Assembly (NCBI GenBank): GCA_047495785.1 | Contig: JBLDXI010000004.1 | Coordinates: 1,116,001-1,180,000, forward strand | Source of the DNA: Lepidodermella squamata | Lineage: Eukaryota > Animalia > Gastrotricha | Direction of reading: 5' to 3' | Length of the DNA stretch: 64,000 bases | Part shown: in pieces, positions 36,783 through 50,894 of the stretch | Layout: each line of letters opens with the position of its first letter | Numbering within the stretch: position 1 is the stretch's first letter | Position numbers and translations under genes: made by a program | The notes under the pieces: model-generated | The model's input: the letters and a program-made list of their open reading frames with translations, nothing else | The model's database searches: none | What the model was told of the DNA's origin: nothing

Positions 36783-38908
36783 TTTTCAGCGGAAATTATC
36801 AACGAATCTCAGTAAAATCTGTCGCAATTTTTACGGTTGAAGACTTCAAAATGTATTCTGCATTGATAGGACAAAATGTTAACCGAGAGTGCTCCTTTTC
36901 TATGTACGAAGTATTTTTTAGCTTTATCAAGTTGACGTGATCCCACCCGCGCTTGCTATTCTAGCAATTCCCGAGAAAAGTCACCGGAGATAACAAGCGA
37001 AGGACCGCATTTCCTCCCTTTCCTCTCTTGTAACTAACAAGAATCCTGTTTACTTTAGTGTATTCTGGGTTGCCGTTGGCTTTATCTGCCGCTAAGGCCG
37101 ACGCTTAAATTGCTGATAGTAAAACTTGATAAATGCACAAGCCATTCTGGAAATTATGACACTAATGATAAGTTCATGAAGAAAGAGTAAAGAGTTCATT
37201 ATTAGCACAGTGGCAGGTGAAATGCTGGAAAATGTTTTCATTTCAAGCAGAGACCCCGAATCAAAGCATGCCTCAAATGATAGCCATACAGCGGAAAAAA
37301 CAAGTTGGAGCCTGGAAAATTATGTGGCCTGAAATTACTAGGAATAGCTTTTCCTACTGCGGAATCACTACTGCATGAAAGCTTTAGGAGGCAGTCCTAC
37401 CCGGAAAGGCTTTTCGAGGCTGATTATCAACTCAGGGGCTTGATCAAAGTTTTGATGTGACGTTTTGGGTTAAATGCCTCCCTCGAATAATTGCCTGCTT
37501 TTTCACTAGTTTTCGAGTTCGGAAAAAGTTGATGAAATACAGCTGATTCCCAAAGTATCCAAGACTCCCTGGACTCCCCTTTCTACAGCGTCATTTCATT
37601 CATCATTATTCCATCATTATTCATATTCCCTCTTTTCTGCAGCTAGGGCTGCAACACTGTATTTCTTCCCACCACAGGCTATGCAATTTCTCACAAACAA
37701 AATGTATGACATGCTACTTGTTATAAGGCAGTAAAATGTAATTTTTGTAATTTTGCGCTACAAATTTGAAATTCAGAATTGGCATGAAAATTTAGACTAG
37801 TAATTTTTAAATTAAAAAAAATAGGGAAATAATGTGATGGTAATTTTTAGGAAATTCGCGCGCGTCATTGATCGCTAGTATTGATCCATGTAGCAAAAGC
37901 GTTGGCAGCTAGTTGGACTATTCTTTACAGCTCGTTCGTCGCCATTTCGAATTTCGAAGCAATTGTACATTCCAAATTGTACATTTTCGTTCGTTTTATC
38001 TGGAAAAAAGGACAAAATAAAAAGCTTTTCGTTTCGTTTCGAAGCAGGGCTGCAAAACATGCAGAAATGGCGCAGTGGCTGCGCAGGAAATTTTGGCGAA
38101 TTTAGGAAATTTTCGGCAATAAATGCATGAAAACAACATGAGAATTCTTCCAAACTGCTCCGTCAAATTTGAGAGGGTTTGTAGCGTGTTTAAAGGGAAA
38201 TTCTTCTTCATTTTCTCTCTTCCTTGTCAGTTGAAATCGCTAGTCATTTTGGCAAATACAGCAAACGAATTTTTCCATTAAAGGAAACTCCGGGATGTAA
38301 GATCGCACATTGGAATGAACCTCGAGAAATGGCAAATCACCCTAATAAGACCATTGTTTGCGAACCCCTTGAGAGAAAACATTGCTCTGCTTTTCCTGAG
38401 GGCGGTCTAATTTATATTAATCTAGGGTCCGAATGCATTCAGGTTGGTGACAAACTTCGAAACTCCAAATTTCACACAAGACAGAGCGAGAAAGAAGTGT
38501 TTGATAGGATATCTCACGATCAGCCGATTGGCAACCATTGCTGACGAAGCAGACCGGCAAGGTGTCTACACGGCAACATTTTAACCTGGAATTTCATTCA
38601 TGCGATCAAATAAATGCTGCTGATAAAAGCTCGAATTACATAAAGATGGCCGACCACTCCATCATGTTACAAGGGTGAAAATGATAGATTTATCGGAAAG
38701 AACGAAGGGCGCTCTTCGACGACATATGACATATGATTCTCGAGATAGGGGTACTTGCATGTATTTTCGGTTTTGAATCCCGAACTTTTAGACCAAGGGG
38801 TCCCTCGCAGAGGGTTCTATATAAACTTTTATCGGGATTTCTTGCCCGATTATCTCGAGTTTGGGGGACGGTACCCCCTTTTGCCCCCTGTAATTCGTAA
38901 AGTCTGTT

Positions 38909-39056
38909 CAGAGAGCGAAGTGGGACCGCGGAACTGGTAGGGACAACGAAAATCGATATAAGGGTCCCCCCTTAGGTGCTAGATTGAGCTCACCATACGG
39001 ATCCATGGAACTGGTAGGGATGATCACTACCATCCCTGGCGGCACTTCGCTCTCTG
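38909..39056. mobile_element. hAT-type MITE
   Basis: Perfect TIR cagagagcgaagtg / cacttcgctctctg; perfect 8-bp TSD agtctgtt. Confidence 0.9.
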
Positions 39057-41646
39057 AGTCTGTTTTTACCTTATCTATGTACTTCATAAACGCAAAACAT
39101 GTTGATGATTCATTTCGGCACGCACACTACAAATGTGTCTTTTGTAGAAAACGTGGTTTTGCAGAAGACGTGGCCTGGCACGTCACAGATTTAACGGCAT
39201 TAAATAGAGATGAATGGCAAACAACGGTTTCAGAATTGGAAAATTACGAATTTCATGGTGAAAGCAAATTGCTAACTGCGGGGTGGGCGATCTTTCTTAA
39301 ATTTGGCCTTCCTTCGCCTTCCACAAAACCCGAAAGGGTATAGACGCCTTAGTCGAGTGGAAGTTAAATAAAATCATTCATATTCATATTCGAATTCATA
39401 TTCGAATTGAGCCTCGTAATTTTATTTTTCAAGCTGCAAGATTCTAAGAATATTAATGGGGAAAATAGTGAACGCGTCTTCTCGTCTGCCGGCGTGCTCT
39501 GATCTACGTCACCTGGCTTCTCTATAGGTTATAGAACAAGTGGCGCGTTCTTTTCGTTGAATATGGGGATATATGTTTCGCAGATTCCGGAAACTGCATA
39601 ATCTTCCCAAGGAATCGACAGCAGACCATATCTGCCGGGAGTGTCTGTCGCAGCAATTACACAATCATATTTAAGATTCGGGCCACCATCTTCCCAAGAG
39701 AGATCCTCAGAGTTGGAATTTGAAAGGCCGATCCATGTCCTAGAAGCACTCAACATCTGCTGGGCCATTAACGTCTCGTAGGTTGTTATTATAGTGGCGA
39801 GTCGACCGGAACCATTAGCGCAACCAGCAGTTGCTTGAGTTCTAGTCGTTGGACTGCCTGGGCTCGGTGTCATGAAAAACGATTTCCTAGCGCTAACGCA
39901 GCTGCTTTCAGTCGGATAAGCAATGATAGGTGGAGGGCGAGTTTCTGTGGCCAAGCAGCAGCCGCCATTACTATTCGATCGGCAAGTGCGCGTTCCATTA
40001 GACGTCTCGCATTGATAAAAGCTTGGAGAAAATAAAATTGACCTTTTGAGCTAAGAGCTAAGGAAAAGTCACGAAAAACTCACTTGATTTTACAGGTCAG
40101 AAAGTTGTTGAAAAGCAGACCGTTACCCCACGAATACTAAATACATAGAACAATTTCGAATCTTATCTTATTCGAAATGAGCGAGAAGATTACTGTAAAC
40201 TCTGGGCAGTTTATTGTTTTCGGAATTTAGCTAGGCATCCATGCATTTGATGTGTTGACCCTGTGATAAGATGCAGTTTTTTTTAGAAGAATAAGATGAA
40301 CTGTTCAAGCCATTACTTGGGGCAGGTTTACAGCCGGAAAATTCTGGTTTTGACCAGTCAAAACATCGCTGATGTGGGTTCATGTAAGCCGGAGCTAGGT
40401 AGAATTGAAAAGCTTCATAAATCTTCAAACTTCAACGAACACTTTACCGGATTTGCAATCGTCGGAGGAGTTGTAAGTAGCCCCTGTGATACTACCGATA
40501 GGACAAGAAGCATATTTCGACGCAGGCACGCATTCAACTAGCGTGTAAGATGTCTCATCCAAGCAAATTGTATGAGGCTTCTGTTAGTGAATACACATAA
40601 AATGAGGTACTTGAAAATAGCAACTTCCCGGGACTCTACAAAATCGAAATAATCTGATAGCCTGCTAAATCTATTTTCAAATATTAATCGTCCTAGTTTA
40701 TAGAAACCTGTGACAAAAGGCAATCGGCGTAATTGCTCGCAAACTCAGCCTGAGATCTCAATGTCGATAGCTGCAAAAACATACGTCTGCATATCCATTC
40801 GAGAATAAGGGAGGAATAATTTACGACTGCCGTGGGAGATGGGCAAGTGCTACGGCATATAGGACGAGTGGCAGTTGAACAAAGTCCAGCTGGCTGCAAA
40901 AAAAACCGTGATAATTCTGTGAGAATAAGAAAATATCAGGGAAGACGTACGCCTGTAGTGCAGTGAAATCTGTCCACGTAAGCTCTGCTAATAGATGCCT
41001 GTAAATAAGCTATGAAGCACGTTTTCAATTTTCGGGGCGTTTCAAGCCTGTTGAAAGCTTGTACTCCATGGCGTTGATTGGCAGCCAAGAAAAGATGCGT
41101 CTCTTGGGTTGAAGCATCGATAGAACGGCTCAAAGTCAGTATCATTTCGAATAACTGGCATTGAGAGAAGATTGAAAAAGAAAGGCATTTTACCTTTAAT
41201 GCGCTCATTACTTACTGTTTTGTTCTGTGATACATGCGCGCAGCGTGCTTCGAAAGCCAATCAGCGTCTAGATATCACGATAAATCATGTTCTGAATCTC
41301 GGTTTCTTCTGGCAAACTGACCGCTTTAGGAGGACACGGGCCATTTTCAGGAATACACGTATGCCGGCCTTTATTGTCGCAAAGCCGAGCTTCGAAGTTC
41401 TGTTTGACACCGAATGATTCATAATTCAGTGAAAATGAAATTCCACCAACCAGGAAATCTTTGATTGCTGACCTGCACAGATTATGTTGAGACTGGAAAT
41501 TGAGCCCGATGAATTCAGATATCTAAAAAATTAATTTAGCTAACACATTCATTTTTTTAACTCATTCAAATCCAAAGTTTTGCTGGAAATTGAGAAAATA
41601 ATTATTGCTGAATTCCTTTTCATTTTAGACGGATTAAATCAGGAAT

Positions 41647-41828
41647 AATTTGACCTCGGAGGGCGGGGACTACTCCAAAACAAATGACACCAAAATAAAA
41701 GCTACCATAACAGCAAAACCTTTCGATTGTTGCGCAACGAGAACCATTGGATTTTTTTTAACTGTTTTGGTCTCTTTCGTTTTGTCTTGGCTGTTTTGGA
41801 GTAGTCCCCGGAGGGCAATGTCAAATTA
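41647..41828. mobile_element. Intronic palindromic MITE in gene 3
   Basis: aatttgac...ggggactactccaaaaca / tgttttggagtagtcccc...gtcaaatt. Confidence 0.7.
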
Positions 41829-41990
41829 AATAATATTCCAAGGATCTGACTAAATTCTGTAAACAAATTTGGATTCAGTAACAAACCATGACTTCGTCAT
41901 TTTTATCGCAGCCGAGATTACGAGGAATGCATCGCATGTTGATTGTTTTGTAGTTGAAGCAGCTTCGAGCGGACTAGTAAGGAAGTGAAT

Positions 41991-42213
41991 TATCTACTAA
42001 TTTTCAGTGGTCATTAATTTTCGGTTTGATCTTTCAATTCAGTGTTTTCGCAAAAAAACCGAAATTAAAATCACCGAATATTAATCCTAAATAAAATCAA
42101 TCGATTGTTTCCTCAGCAGCCAGCCTAAAACCGAATTCAAATCCATCAAAATTTGATGTGCAGGCTCCAAAACCGAAGATTAATGACCACCGACCACCGA
42201 GAATTAGTAGATA
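41991..42213. mobile_element. Intronic palindromic MITE in gene 3
   Basis: tatctactaatt..gtggtcattaattttcggttt / aaaccgaagattaatgaccac..aattagtagata. Confidence 0.7.
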
Positions 42214-42962
42214 TACAGTAATGCTCGAGTTCTGTTTATCGAAGTTAGCGAGAAACTCACGCCTTCCGAACACGAGTCGAGAGACGGCAAAGCATAGCCG
42301 AGCTAAATTTAAGGCAATGAAACTGGCAGGCTGTGAAGGATGAGACTCAACGAGGAGCTCACCGGAATTTCATCTAAGAGCGAACAGTTCATTTTACAGC
42401 CTATGAAGACATCATTCAAGCGTGAAAAGCAACGCTTGTATTCGGCTTCGACTAAACCTTGAGAAATGATCAAGGCGAGTATAATTCGAAGAAAAAAGGT
42501 CATAGCTCTAATATTCAAATTGTTGAAAATGAAAAAATTAATGTCGAAGAAATAGGCCGATAAATTGTCAACCAAGCGAATAATGGTCAATCTCATTAAA
42601 TTTTCAGCAACACGCGTTCGAATCGAGAACAATTTTTCGATCTCGTTCTCCTTTTTAGCTAACTAGACAAAAATTGATTGTCCACGTCTCAGTTACGTTG
42701 AAGCCCATTTTATAATTGGCCAATTTAGGTCATTTTTTGTCCTAATTGTACTATTGCGCAACTCTACTAAGCGGACGAGGTCAAATTCCGAATCCAAGCA
42801 AACAGTCAAATTATTGTCGTGCGACTAATTTTTCACGATTGAAGTTCCAATTCCACGTCATTCTGAAATTTTCCAGCGATTTATTCACCTCATTTTTAAT
42901 GAATTTCCAAGGTTGTGTTAGAAAGCTTGACTAAAACATTTCGTAGCGCAGTTATGTTAAGC

Positions 42963-44619
42963 ATGATGAATCTTGTTCTCTCAATGATTCTATGGCAACT
43001 GATAGCCTCATCGCCATCGTTAGCAGCGAAGTCGCGTTGCTTCTCAGTTTTCAATAGCGAATTTAACGGCTGTAAAAACAATTGCTCACAACAGTTAGAG
43101 TACCAGGTGATCATCGAATATTATTTGGATTCATCTAAACAATTTGGTTTAAATTGTATTTTATTGTAGACTGGGACTCCGTTTTCTTCATCCGAGAACT
43201 GCAAAAACGGGGTGAGTTAAAACTTATCATTAATTTCTTAAATTTGTCACATTTCTGTCGGTGCAGGACGCTATACTTTGCTACAACTACAAGACTTACA
43301 GCGTTAGATGCATTCAAGACCGTTTCAAATGCAACAGAACCAACGAGCGCCAAGTTTGTCTAACCTTTCGCTCTTAATCCGCTCTTATCAATTCCATTCA
43401 GGCGGGAGTTTTCGAAAGACACGCATTATTCGGGGACAACTGGTCGGATTGCAGAAACACGTCAGCGCGCTTCGCTGTTAGTGAAAATCTTACCAAATCT
43501 ATCTCATTTTTTTCGAATTCAGTCACAGCGATTCGAACGCTGCATGAGAGGCGAATCTTTCATAACCTGTTCTCCTGATTCTCTCGCCTGTCCATTCAAT
43601 TTGGTACTTGGGCAATGTCTTAACCTCTGAATCAAAACTGTTCCACTTTCGTAGGATCCAGGCGACGAAGCAACTTCGTTTCGCAATCTCGAAGCATGCT
43701 TGAAGGGTGAAGGTAAATTTTCATAGTTTCCTCGATGAATCTAAGCTATGAATCTGTTGAAAAGTTGACCTTGCGATTCTCGAGGACCAAAAGCCGCACA
43801 TTCGCTGTGTTGACGTAAAGACTCGACATTTCTTGGGTTGCCGTCGGCGGAATACAGCCTGCTCACCAGATGCCGAACTGTACGCGCCTCGGCCTTTTGC
43901 CAACAAGGACTTGTGCCTTAAAGGGGTGAGTCATTAAGCTCTGAATTGACAAAGGTTCCCTCTAACGTTTGTTACATTCCAGACTGCCGTGCTTTGCAAC
44001 ACCACGTCAGGCAAAGTTTGCAGCGCGTTCTGTGAAGAGGATTTGCAAACGGTATTGTTTGGTTTTTTGTGCATGACTCATTTTCATAATGGGGTTTTAC
44101 ATAGGAAATTATTTACTCAGCTTCACAAGACTTCCCCACAAACTATGCTCAATGTGAACAGAGCCGAGTCGCTTCTGGGAACCATACAGTTCGTTTTGCT
44201 TATTGAATTCGTGAAATCCTATTTAAACTTGGCCCAAACAGCTTGTGAAGAATTTTACGGTTGCGGTAACGGATGCTGGGACATTCACTCAAGATGACGC
44301 GAAACGAGCCTGTTCGAACTTCACAAACTCTCGTTTAGCTTTGATCAAAACTGAAGCTCAACGGCAAGCTGTCTACGCCGTGATGACGAACGCATCGATC
44401 ACCACTGCTTACATCGGCTTGTCGAAAACCAAGGACCAGTGGTTGTGGGATGATGGTTCAGCTTATGACAACATGCCACCCTGGGCGCCTGGCTACCCGT
44501 CCGGGGCGAAGATGAACCGATGTGTTGGGCTGGCGAGCATTCTCGATGTAGCTGTTCAGTTGACGGATGGGTCTTGCGATTCGCCTTCAGCTAGCGCTTA
44601 CATTTGTGAGACTCTGTGA
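42963..44619 (+). CDS. Lectin gene 4: signal + 5 four-Cys modules + CTLD, 10 exons, intact
   Basis: MMNLVLSMILWQLIASSPSLAAKSRCFSVFNSEFNGC...; all exons splice in frame; CTLD with AYIGL, WLWDDGS, WAPGYP, RCV, YICE. Confidence 0.85.
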
Positions 44620-45222
44620 TACTGCTCATTTACTCCTCTCTGAAATTGGTAAACTCGTATTTTGCCCATTCGAAGCAGTAAGTGAACTAGTTAGGTCTAC
44701 TTTTTAGAAAATTAGTACTTGGTTCAGTATCCCAAGTTTCGACCTGTTCCGACAAATTTGAACGAGTGCCAGAAAAGCCTGCAGTTGATATAGTAATTTA
44801 TATCAAGGCCCATTTTGAAATTCTAAAAAACGATCGAAACTGTTTCTTTATCCTGTCCGCGATTTAAATCCGCGATTTAAAAAAAACAATTTGATCTAGT
44901 TCTCCCGTTTGCCAATGAGACAAAAAACTATTGTCAAATCGAAAAGTGTTCAGAATTATTTTTTTCGATTGCTTTTTCCAGTTCAGTTTTTAGCTGATCA
45001 AGGACAATAGACAATATATTTGTCTGGTCTGGAAAAGCAAACGACGTCAATCACAGAAAATAAATTTATCCTTTACGAATTATCGGCCTAGGCCTAGTTT
45101 TTTGGTGATTAGCTTCATGATAGAGATCTGATTTCTCCGTAGCTTTTTTCACTAAAACCAGGCTCTAGTGAATATTGAAATTGTTTTCATAAATTTCCCC
45201 TACTTTTAGACATTTTTTGAAA

Positions 45223-46903
45223 ATGTTTTTTCGCATCTGCCTAACGCTTATTGTATTAAACGGCCCGTTGTTCACATATGCGAAATGGTTCCGTTGCTTC
45301 TCAGTTTTTGATAACGAATTCAAGGGCTGCCAGAATAACACTTCTTGCGGGCAATACGCGTACAAGGTTACTCTAGGCATTTATTTTGTTCAACCCAGAC
45401 TATCAACATCTTCTGTTTTTCTAGTCAGACATCACTTTCCCTGAATCGGCCGATTGCGAAAAAGGGGTGGGTTGGAAAACATTTTTCCCGAATTTTCTCA
45501 ATTTCTTCATTGTGAAGAGAGCTCGGCTTTGCTACAACTATGTGGAAGTCAGCTATAGGTGCATTCGGGGCCGATTGCAATGCAACAGAGTCAACGAGAG
45601 CCAGGTTCTGCTTTTCTGAACTCATTTCAATTTACTTCTTTATTTTCAATCGACTCGCAGGCTGGATTTTACGATCGAAATGAAAAATTTAGCGACAATT
45701 GGGCAGAGTGTATGAATGCCGCAGAACGCTTACCCGTGAGTTTTATTTGAAAATAAAATGAATTAAAATTACAATTACCTTTCGTTTTTTCAGTTGCAGC
45801 CATCTGAACGCTGCTTCTCAGGCGGCAATTTCGTTGCATGTTTCCCTTTCTCCCTCGGCTGTCCACTAAATTTGGTGATTTTGCAACGTACGTGTATTTT
45901 TACAGCAATTAATTCGATTATCAATTTTCAAGGAATTTGACTTTGATTCACCTTTATACGACAATCTGGCCTTGTGTTTGAGGGGTGTAGGTAAGGTTCA
46001 GGCTTTGCTGTGATAATCAGAAAATAAGAAATTGATTTTTTCAGCGCCTCCCTCTGTTATCGATGACCAGAAGCCGCACGTTCGATGCATGAACCGCAAC
46101 ACTGAAGCTTTTGTAGCTTGCCGGCGCAAAAATACAGGCTGCTCACCGGATGTTCAGATGTTCGCGCTACAACCTTTTGCCAACAAAAACATGTGCCTGA
46201 ACGGGGTGAGTACGACCCATTCCAATAGTTTAAACATTAAATTGCAACATTGCTGAGATTATACTTTGATTTTCTCGCTTTTCAGGATGCTGTGTTGTGC
46301 AACACTCCCACCGGCGTTAAATGCCGTCCCTTCTGCCTGAGAGAAACGCAACTAGTTTAGTTTCAAATCGCTGTTTTTCGACTTATTCATGCCACGTCCC
46401 CGATAGGTAACCGTTTATTCAAAATCGAAAGACTTCGCGACTAATTATGCACAATGTTTCCGAAGCCGACCCAATGTGAGCGAATTTGTTTCCTTCCCGT
46501 CCTCTAAATAAAATCATTTTTATAGCCTGGGACAATTTACACTGTTATGCTTGGGAATGCTGAAATTTTCACGCAAGATGACGCGAAACGAGCCTGTTCA
46601 AACTTCACAAACTCTCGGTTAGCTTTAATCAAAACAGAAGCTCAACGGCAAGCTGTCTACGCCGCAATGACGAACGCCTCGATCACCACTGCTTACATCG
46701 GCTTGTCGAAGACCAAGGACCAGTGGCTGTGGGGTGACAGTTCAGCGTATGACAACATGCCACCCTGGGCGCCTGGCTACCCGTCCGAGGCGAAGATGAA
46801 CCGATGTGTTGGCCTGGCGAGTATCAGCGATGCAGCTGTTCAGTTGACTGATGGGTCTTGCGTTTTGCCTTCAGCAAATGCTTACATTTGTGAGACTCTG
46901 TGA
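45223..46903 (+). CDS. Lectin gene 5: signal + 5 modules + CTLD, 10 exons, intact
   Basis: MFFRICLTLIVLNGPLFTYAKWFRCFSVFDNEFKGC...; same exon and phase pattern as gene 4. Confidence 0.85.
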
Positions 46904-47115
46904 TGCGCTCCAATAGTACCATCAGGAACTGATTGACCGCAATTTCCTCCTCTGCTTATCTTTGACTGAAACCTGGAACTTCTATTCTCAAGCACTATTA
47001 CAACTGAAGAAGTTGAGCTAGATGATCTTGAAATATGTACCTGCGAGCATTTTCCGCCAATGCAATATCTTTTTCCCGCTCGTATATTTTTCATGTTCAT
47101 CATGTTTTAGGCTCA

Positions 47116-48927
47116 ATGAATCTTTTTATTCGCATTTGCCTGTTGCTCCTTGTCGCAGAGGCTCAGGTTTCGCGTTGCTTCTCCGTTTTTAATAACAAAT
47201 TTATCGGCTGTTCCAAGGACTGCGACCAGCACGAGTATCAGGTTAACGCCATCACTAATTGTTTCAACCTTAAATCAACACAATTTTCTAATTTTTAGTC
47301 CGACCTTTTGTACAGATCTCCCATAGATTGCCTTCAAGGGGTGCGTTTCAAATTAGTTTCATATGTTAGAAGGGTATCCGTGCCCCCGGAGACGGCCACC
47401 TCCCACGCCGCATACGGGCACAATTCCTTTCCTTCGGGTCCGCCTGCTGCTGCTGCCGCCAATTATTTCATATGTTTTCTTTTGGTTTGAAGTACGCTCG
47501 ACTATGTTACAACCATGCGGACTACAGCTATACGTGCATTCGGGGCCGATTGAACTGCAAGAAAACCAACAACGAGATCCAGGTTTGTTTTGAATTCAAT
47601 AAAATGCGACAAGCCTTCCTGACTTTGTTTTTCTCGTCATTTTCCCGATCGAATCTGCAGGCCGGAATCTTCGATTCGAAAGTTGCTAATGACGCTACTG
47701 TTTTCAGGCTGAATTGGGCTGACTGTCTTAATGCCAGAAAAATTGCGCCGGTAAGTTCATAATGATAAACCGTCCCAATCGTGTGCCTGAACCTTTCAAG
47801 CTCAGCCAAGAGTCATTTTCCGTCATCTCCATTAGAAATCAGAATCGAGATTACTCAATCCAAATCGTATCTTTCAATTTCAGTTGCAGCCTTTCAAGCG
47901 CTGCTTTTCGGGCGGCAATTTCGTTTCCTGTTATCCTACTTCTCTCGGCTGTCCGAAAAATTTGGTAATTTGACTGCGCTGAAAGTTTCCGCCATGACTG
48001 CTTTTCTTTCTATTTTTCCTAATTTCTAGGATGCTAACAACGAGCTACCTATCTACATCAATTTGGAATCTTGCTTGACCGGTGTAGGTGAACTTTTTTC
48101 TCATTTAACCTTTTTCTCTAATTTCTTTTTGTTTCGGCATGCTACTGTTTTGAAAAACGTCGATCTCTTAACCAGAGATGGTCCGGTTCCAAATAACCGC
48201 CGGTTCTAACCGGGTTGAACCCGGTTCTTCCGAACCGAAACCGCCCGGTTCCATTTTTTTCCAGCATCAAAAACCGCCGGTTCGCGTTTTGGCTATACAC
48301 AGCTGAACCAGCTAAAATTAGAGTTTTCCACCGTAGATATCCCAAGTTTTCACTGTATGTGTTGCACCTGCATGATTCAGTCGATTATCGGTTATTAATT
48401 ATGAATGATCGATCCCATCTCAAATAGTGGCACCCGCGGTTAACCGCCGGTTAAACCGAAAAAACCAGGTCACACCTCAAAAAGTCCGGAACCAAACCGA
48501 ACCGAACCGAACCGGACAGATAAAAATGGAACCGGAATATCTCTACTCTTAACACTAGCACTTTTAATTTTTCAACAGTTCCACAATCTGTAATCGATAG
48601 CCTAAAGCCGCATGTCCGCTGCAAGGATAGGAAGAATGGCGATTTTGTAGGTTGCCGCCTCAGGAGTGCAGGCTGCTCACCAGATGCAAAGATCTACGCA
48701 CCGCAGCCTTTTGTCAACAAGAAAATGTGTCCGAAAGGGGTGAGTGCTTTTAACGTGTAACAATAGATTTGTGTTGTTTGATTTCTTGATTTTTTATAAT
48801 GCTGTACTATGCAAAACCCCATCCGCCGAAACTTGCAATGCTTATTGTCGGAGCGAATTATTCATAGTTTGATTACAGGAAAATATTTAAAGCTTTCTCA
48901 CGCCGAGTTTTTCCTAGGCATCGGTCT
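47116..48927 (+). pseudogene. Lectin gene 6: 3'-truncated, no CTLD; close paralog of gene 8
   Basis: Exons 1-7 intact; the exon 8 acceptor lacks AG (ttttat|aat versus ttcag|aat in gene 8); exon 9 breaks after gcatcggtct into the upstream region of the next gene. Confidence 0.8.
48173..48545. mobile_element. hAT-type MITE with GAACC/GGTTC subterminal repeats
   Basis: TIR cagagatggtccggttcc / ggaaccggaatatctcta; 8-bp TSD ctcttaac; empty site in the paralogous gene 8 intron at ~55373. Confidence 0.95.
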
Positions 48928-49027
48928 GTGTTCGTAAGTCTGTTCCTTCATTCTTTAACTCCATTGCTCGTTATTCTAAGAATATTTTCCGCTCTTATAT
49001 TTTTCGATTTAACATTTGTTAGGCTCG

Positions 49028-50451
49028 AAGAAATTGCTTATTTACATCAGCCCATGGCTCCTTGTCGCCGACGCTGAGGGTGACCAATCTGAGCTATTGT
49101 GGCATTGCTTCTCGATTTTCGACAACAATCACAGCGATTTTCATGACGGAAAAACTTGATCGTGTAAAAAAACATGAACCTTAATTCAGTCCGTAAAGTG
49201 GTATGCTGGAATGATCAACTGCATTATTTGGGTGAGTGCGAACTTATCATTTTTGCATATTGTTGCGAGTTTCTCTACTTTGTAGTACGCTCGACTTTGC
49301 TAGTACAACTGTGTGGAATGTTGAATTCAGCTTCAGGTGCACTCCCCACACAATGCTGGGCAACGAAACCGAAGAAAGCGTCTTGGTTTTCTCAACTTTC
49401 CTCAGCATCATATCGACTCTCAGGCTGCATCTTTCGATCTTCGATGAATTCAACCGATTTTCGAGCAATTAGGCAGAATCCTTGCACGCCGCACAATTCT
49501 TGCCGGTGAGTTGCGAGTATTATACCCATGTTCGTATAAAGACCCCGACGAAAGGGCGTTTCAACTTAAAGGCTCATTGGGAGTATTTCACAGCCTACTT
49601 AAAACTTAAAATCTTTTATTTCGTCCCCGTTAGTAACGCACATAGTTGGATTGAAATGGCCTTTGTTCGTCCTTTTCATTAAAGATCAACCATAGGTAAA
49701 GGTGTATGAAATTTAGCATTATCAGTTTATTTCTTGTTTATAAATAAGGTTTATAAATAAACTGACACCATATATTCACCAAAAAACCAGTGCTCCGAGT
49801 ACGGGGGGAAGGGGGGTAAACAAACCCCCTTGGCGTTCGAAAATTTCTGAAAAACGTAAGGGTCCCCCCTGTTTTGCTAATTTTGGGCTCAAAATGGCTC
49901 TATTTACACCCTCAGAGCTGGACCTAGTCGGATCACTGCAAAAAACTGGTTATCAAATAGGCAAAGGTTTATTTAAATTCTAAATCGGAAGACTTCGCAA
50001 AGAACTACGCTCGACGTCAACAAAGCCTACCCACTGTGAGCGAATTTGTATCTTTCCTTGCATCCTTTTACATTTCGTTTCTTTAGCCTGGACCAACCTA
50101 AACTGTTATGCGAGGGAAATCTGAATTATTCCCGCGAGTTGAGGCAAGATTCCAACAAGACAAAGCCGTGATCGAAACCGAAGCTGAGCGACAAGCTGCC
50201 TACGCCGCGATGACAAGCGCTCGATCACCACCGCTTACATCGGCTTGTCGGAAACTAACGACCAGTGGTTGTGGGGTGACGGTACGAGGTACGGCCTACA
50301 ACAACATGCCTCCCTGGGCGCCTGGCTACCCGTCCGAGGCTAAGATGAACCGATGTGTTGGCCTGGCGAGCATTCTCGATGCAGCTGTTCAGTTGACGGA
50401 TGGATCTTGCGATTCGCCTTCCGCCAGCGCTTATATCTGTGAGACATGTGA
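49028..50451 (+). pseudogene. Lectin gene 7 pseudogene
   Basis: ATG replaced by AAG, stop codons in exons 1 and 3, middle exons missing, frameshifted CTLD exon. Confidence 0.85.
49788..49938. mobile_element. hAT-type MITE; inverted copy at ~58761-58911, fragment at ~22843-22875
   Basis: TIR cagtgctccgagta / tagtcggatcactg; 8-bp TSD caaaaaac. Confidence 0.9.
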
Positions 50452-50894
50452 TGCGCTCAATTGTTTTTGTCAGCAATTGAGGTTTTTACCTCAATTTCAT
50501 CTTCTTTCTCTATTCTCTATGCAACTTCTTTCCTCAAAACCAATCACAGCCTAATCGATTTAAGTGAATTCAGCTCAGGCATTATGCTTCCGGATTGCAG
50601 GATCAAAGGTCAGCCTCAGAAAAAAATAGCAGCTGCGACGCGGCCATGCTTTTGATTTTTTTGCCAGACCGTGATTTCTTCGCTCCGTCATTTCGTCATT
50701 TCGTCGTTCCGTGATATTTATCCTGCGAGGATTTAATACCATTCAGAAATAGTAAGAAATAATAAAATAATCAAGCCATCGAAACACCATCGATGCACTG
50801 CGGTTGCAAAAAGTCACCAAATTACTCCATAATCATATAATAGCATATGATATATTTCATCATTTTACAAATAATCAGATTATGCTCTTTACAA

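Larger units (their letters stand above)
39529..42503 (-). pseudogene. Lectin gene 3: ~7 modules + CTLD, probably inactivated
   Basis: Signal MTFFLRIILALIISQGLVEA then EYKRCFSRLNDVFIGC. In-frame TAG and frameshift in the GQHIKCMDA* exon (40231-40233), a Cys to Ser change and GC donor in module 4, and a CTLD Cys replaced by Trp (SIPWEDY). Confidence 0.7.

Noticed and set aside
38984-39343. 119-aa ORF with a CxxC motif (HYKCVFC)
   Set aside because: It starts inside a MITE, and I found no complete zinc finger or supporting exons.
50545-50551. CACAGCC as an RSS-like heptamer or true element end
   Set aside because: It lies outside the TIR and has no mirrored counterpart beyond 53871.
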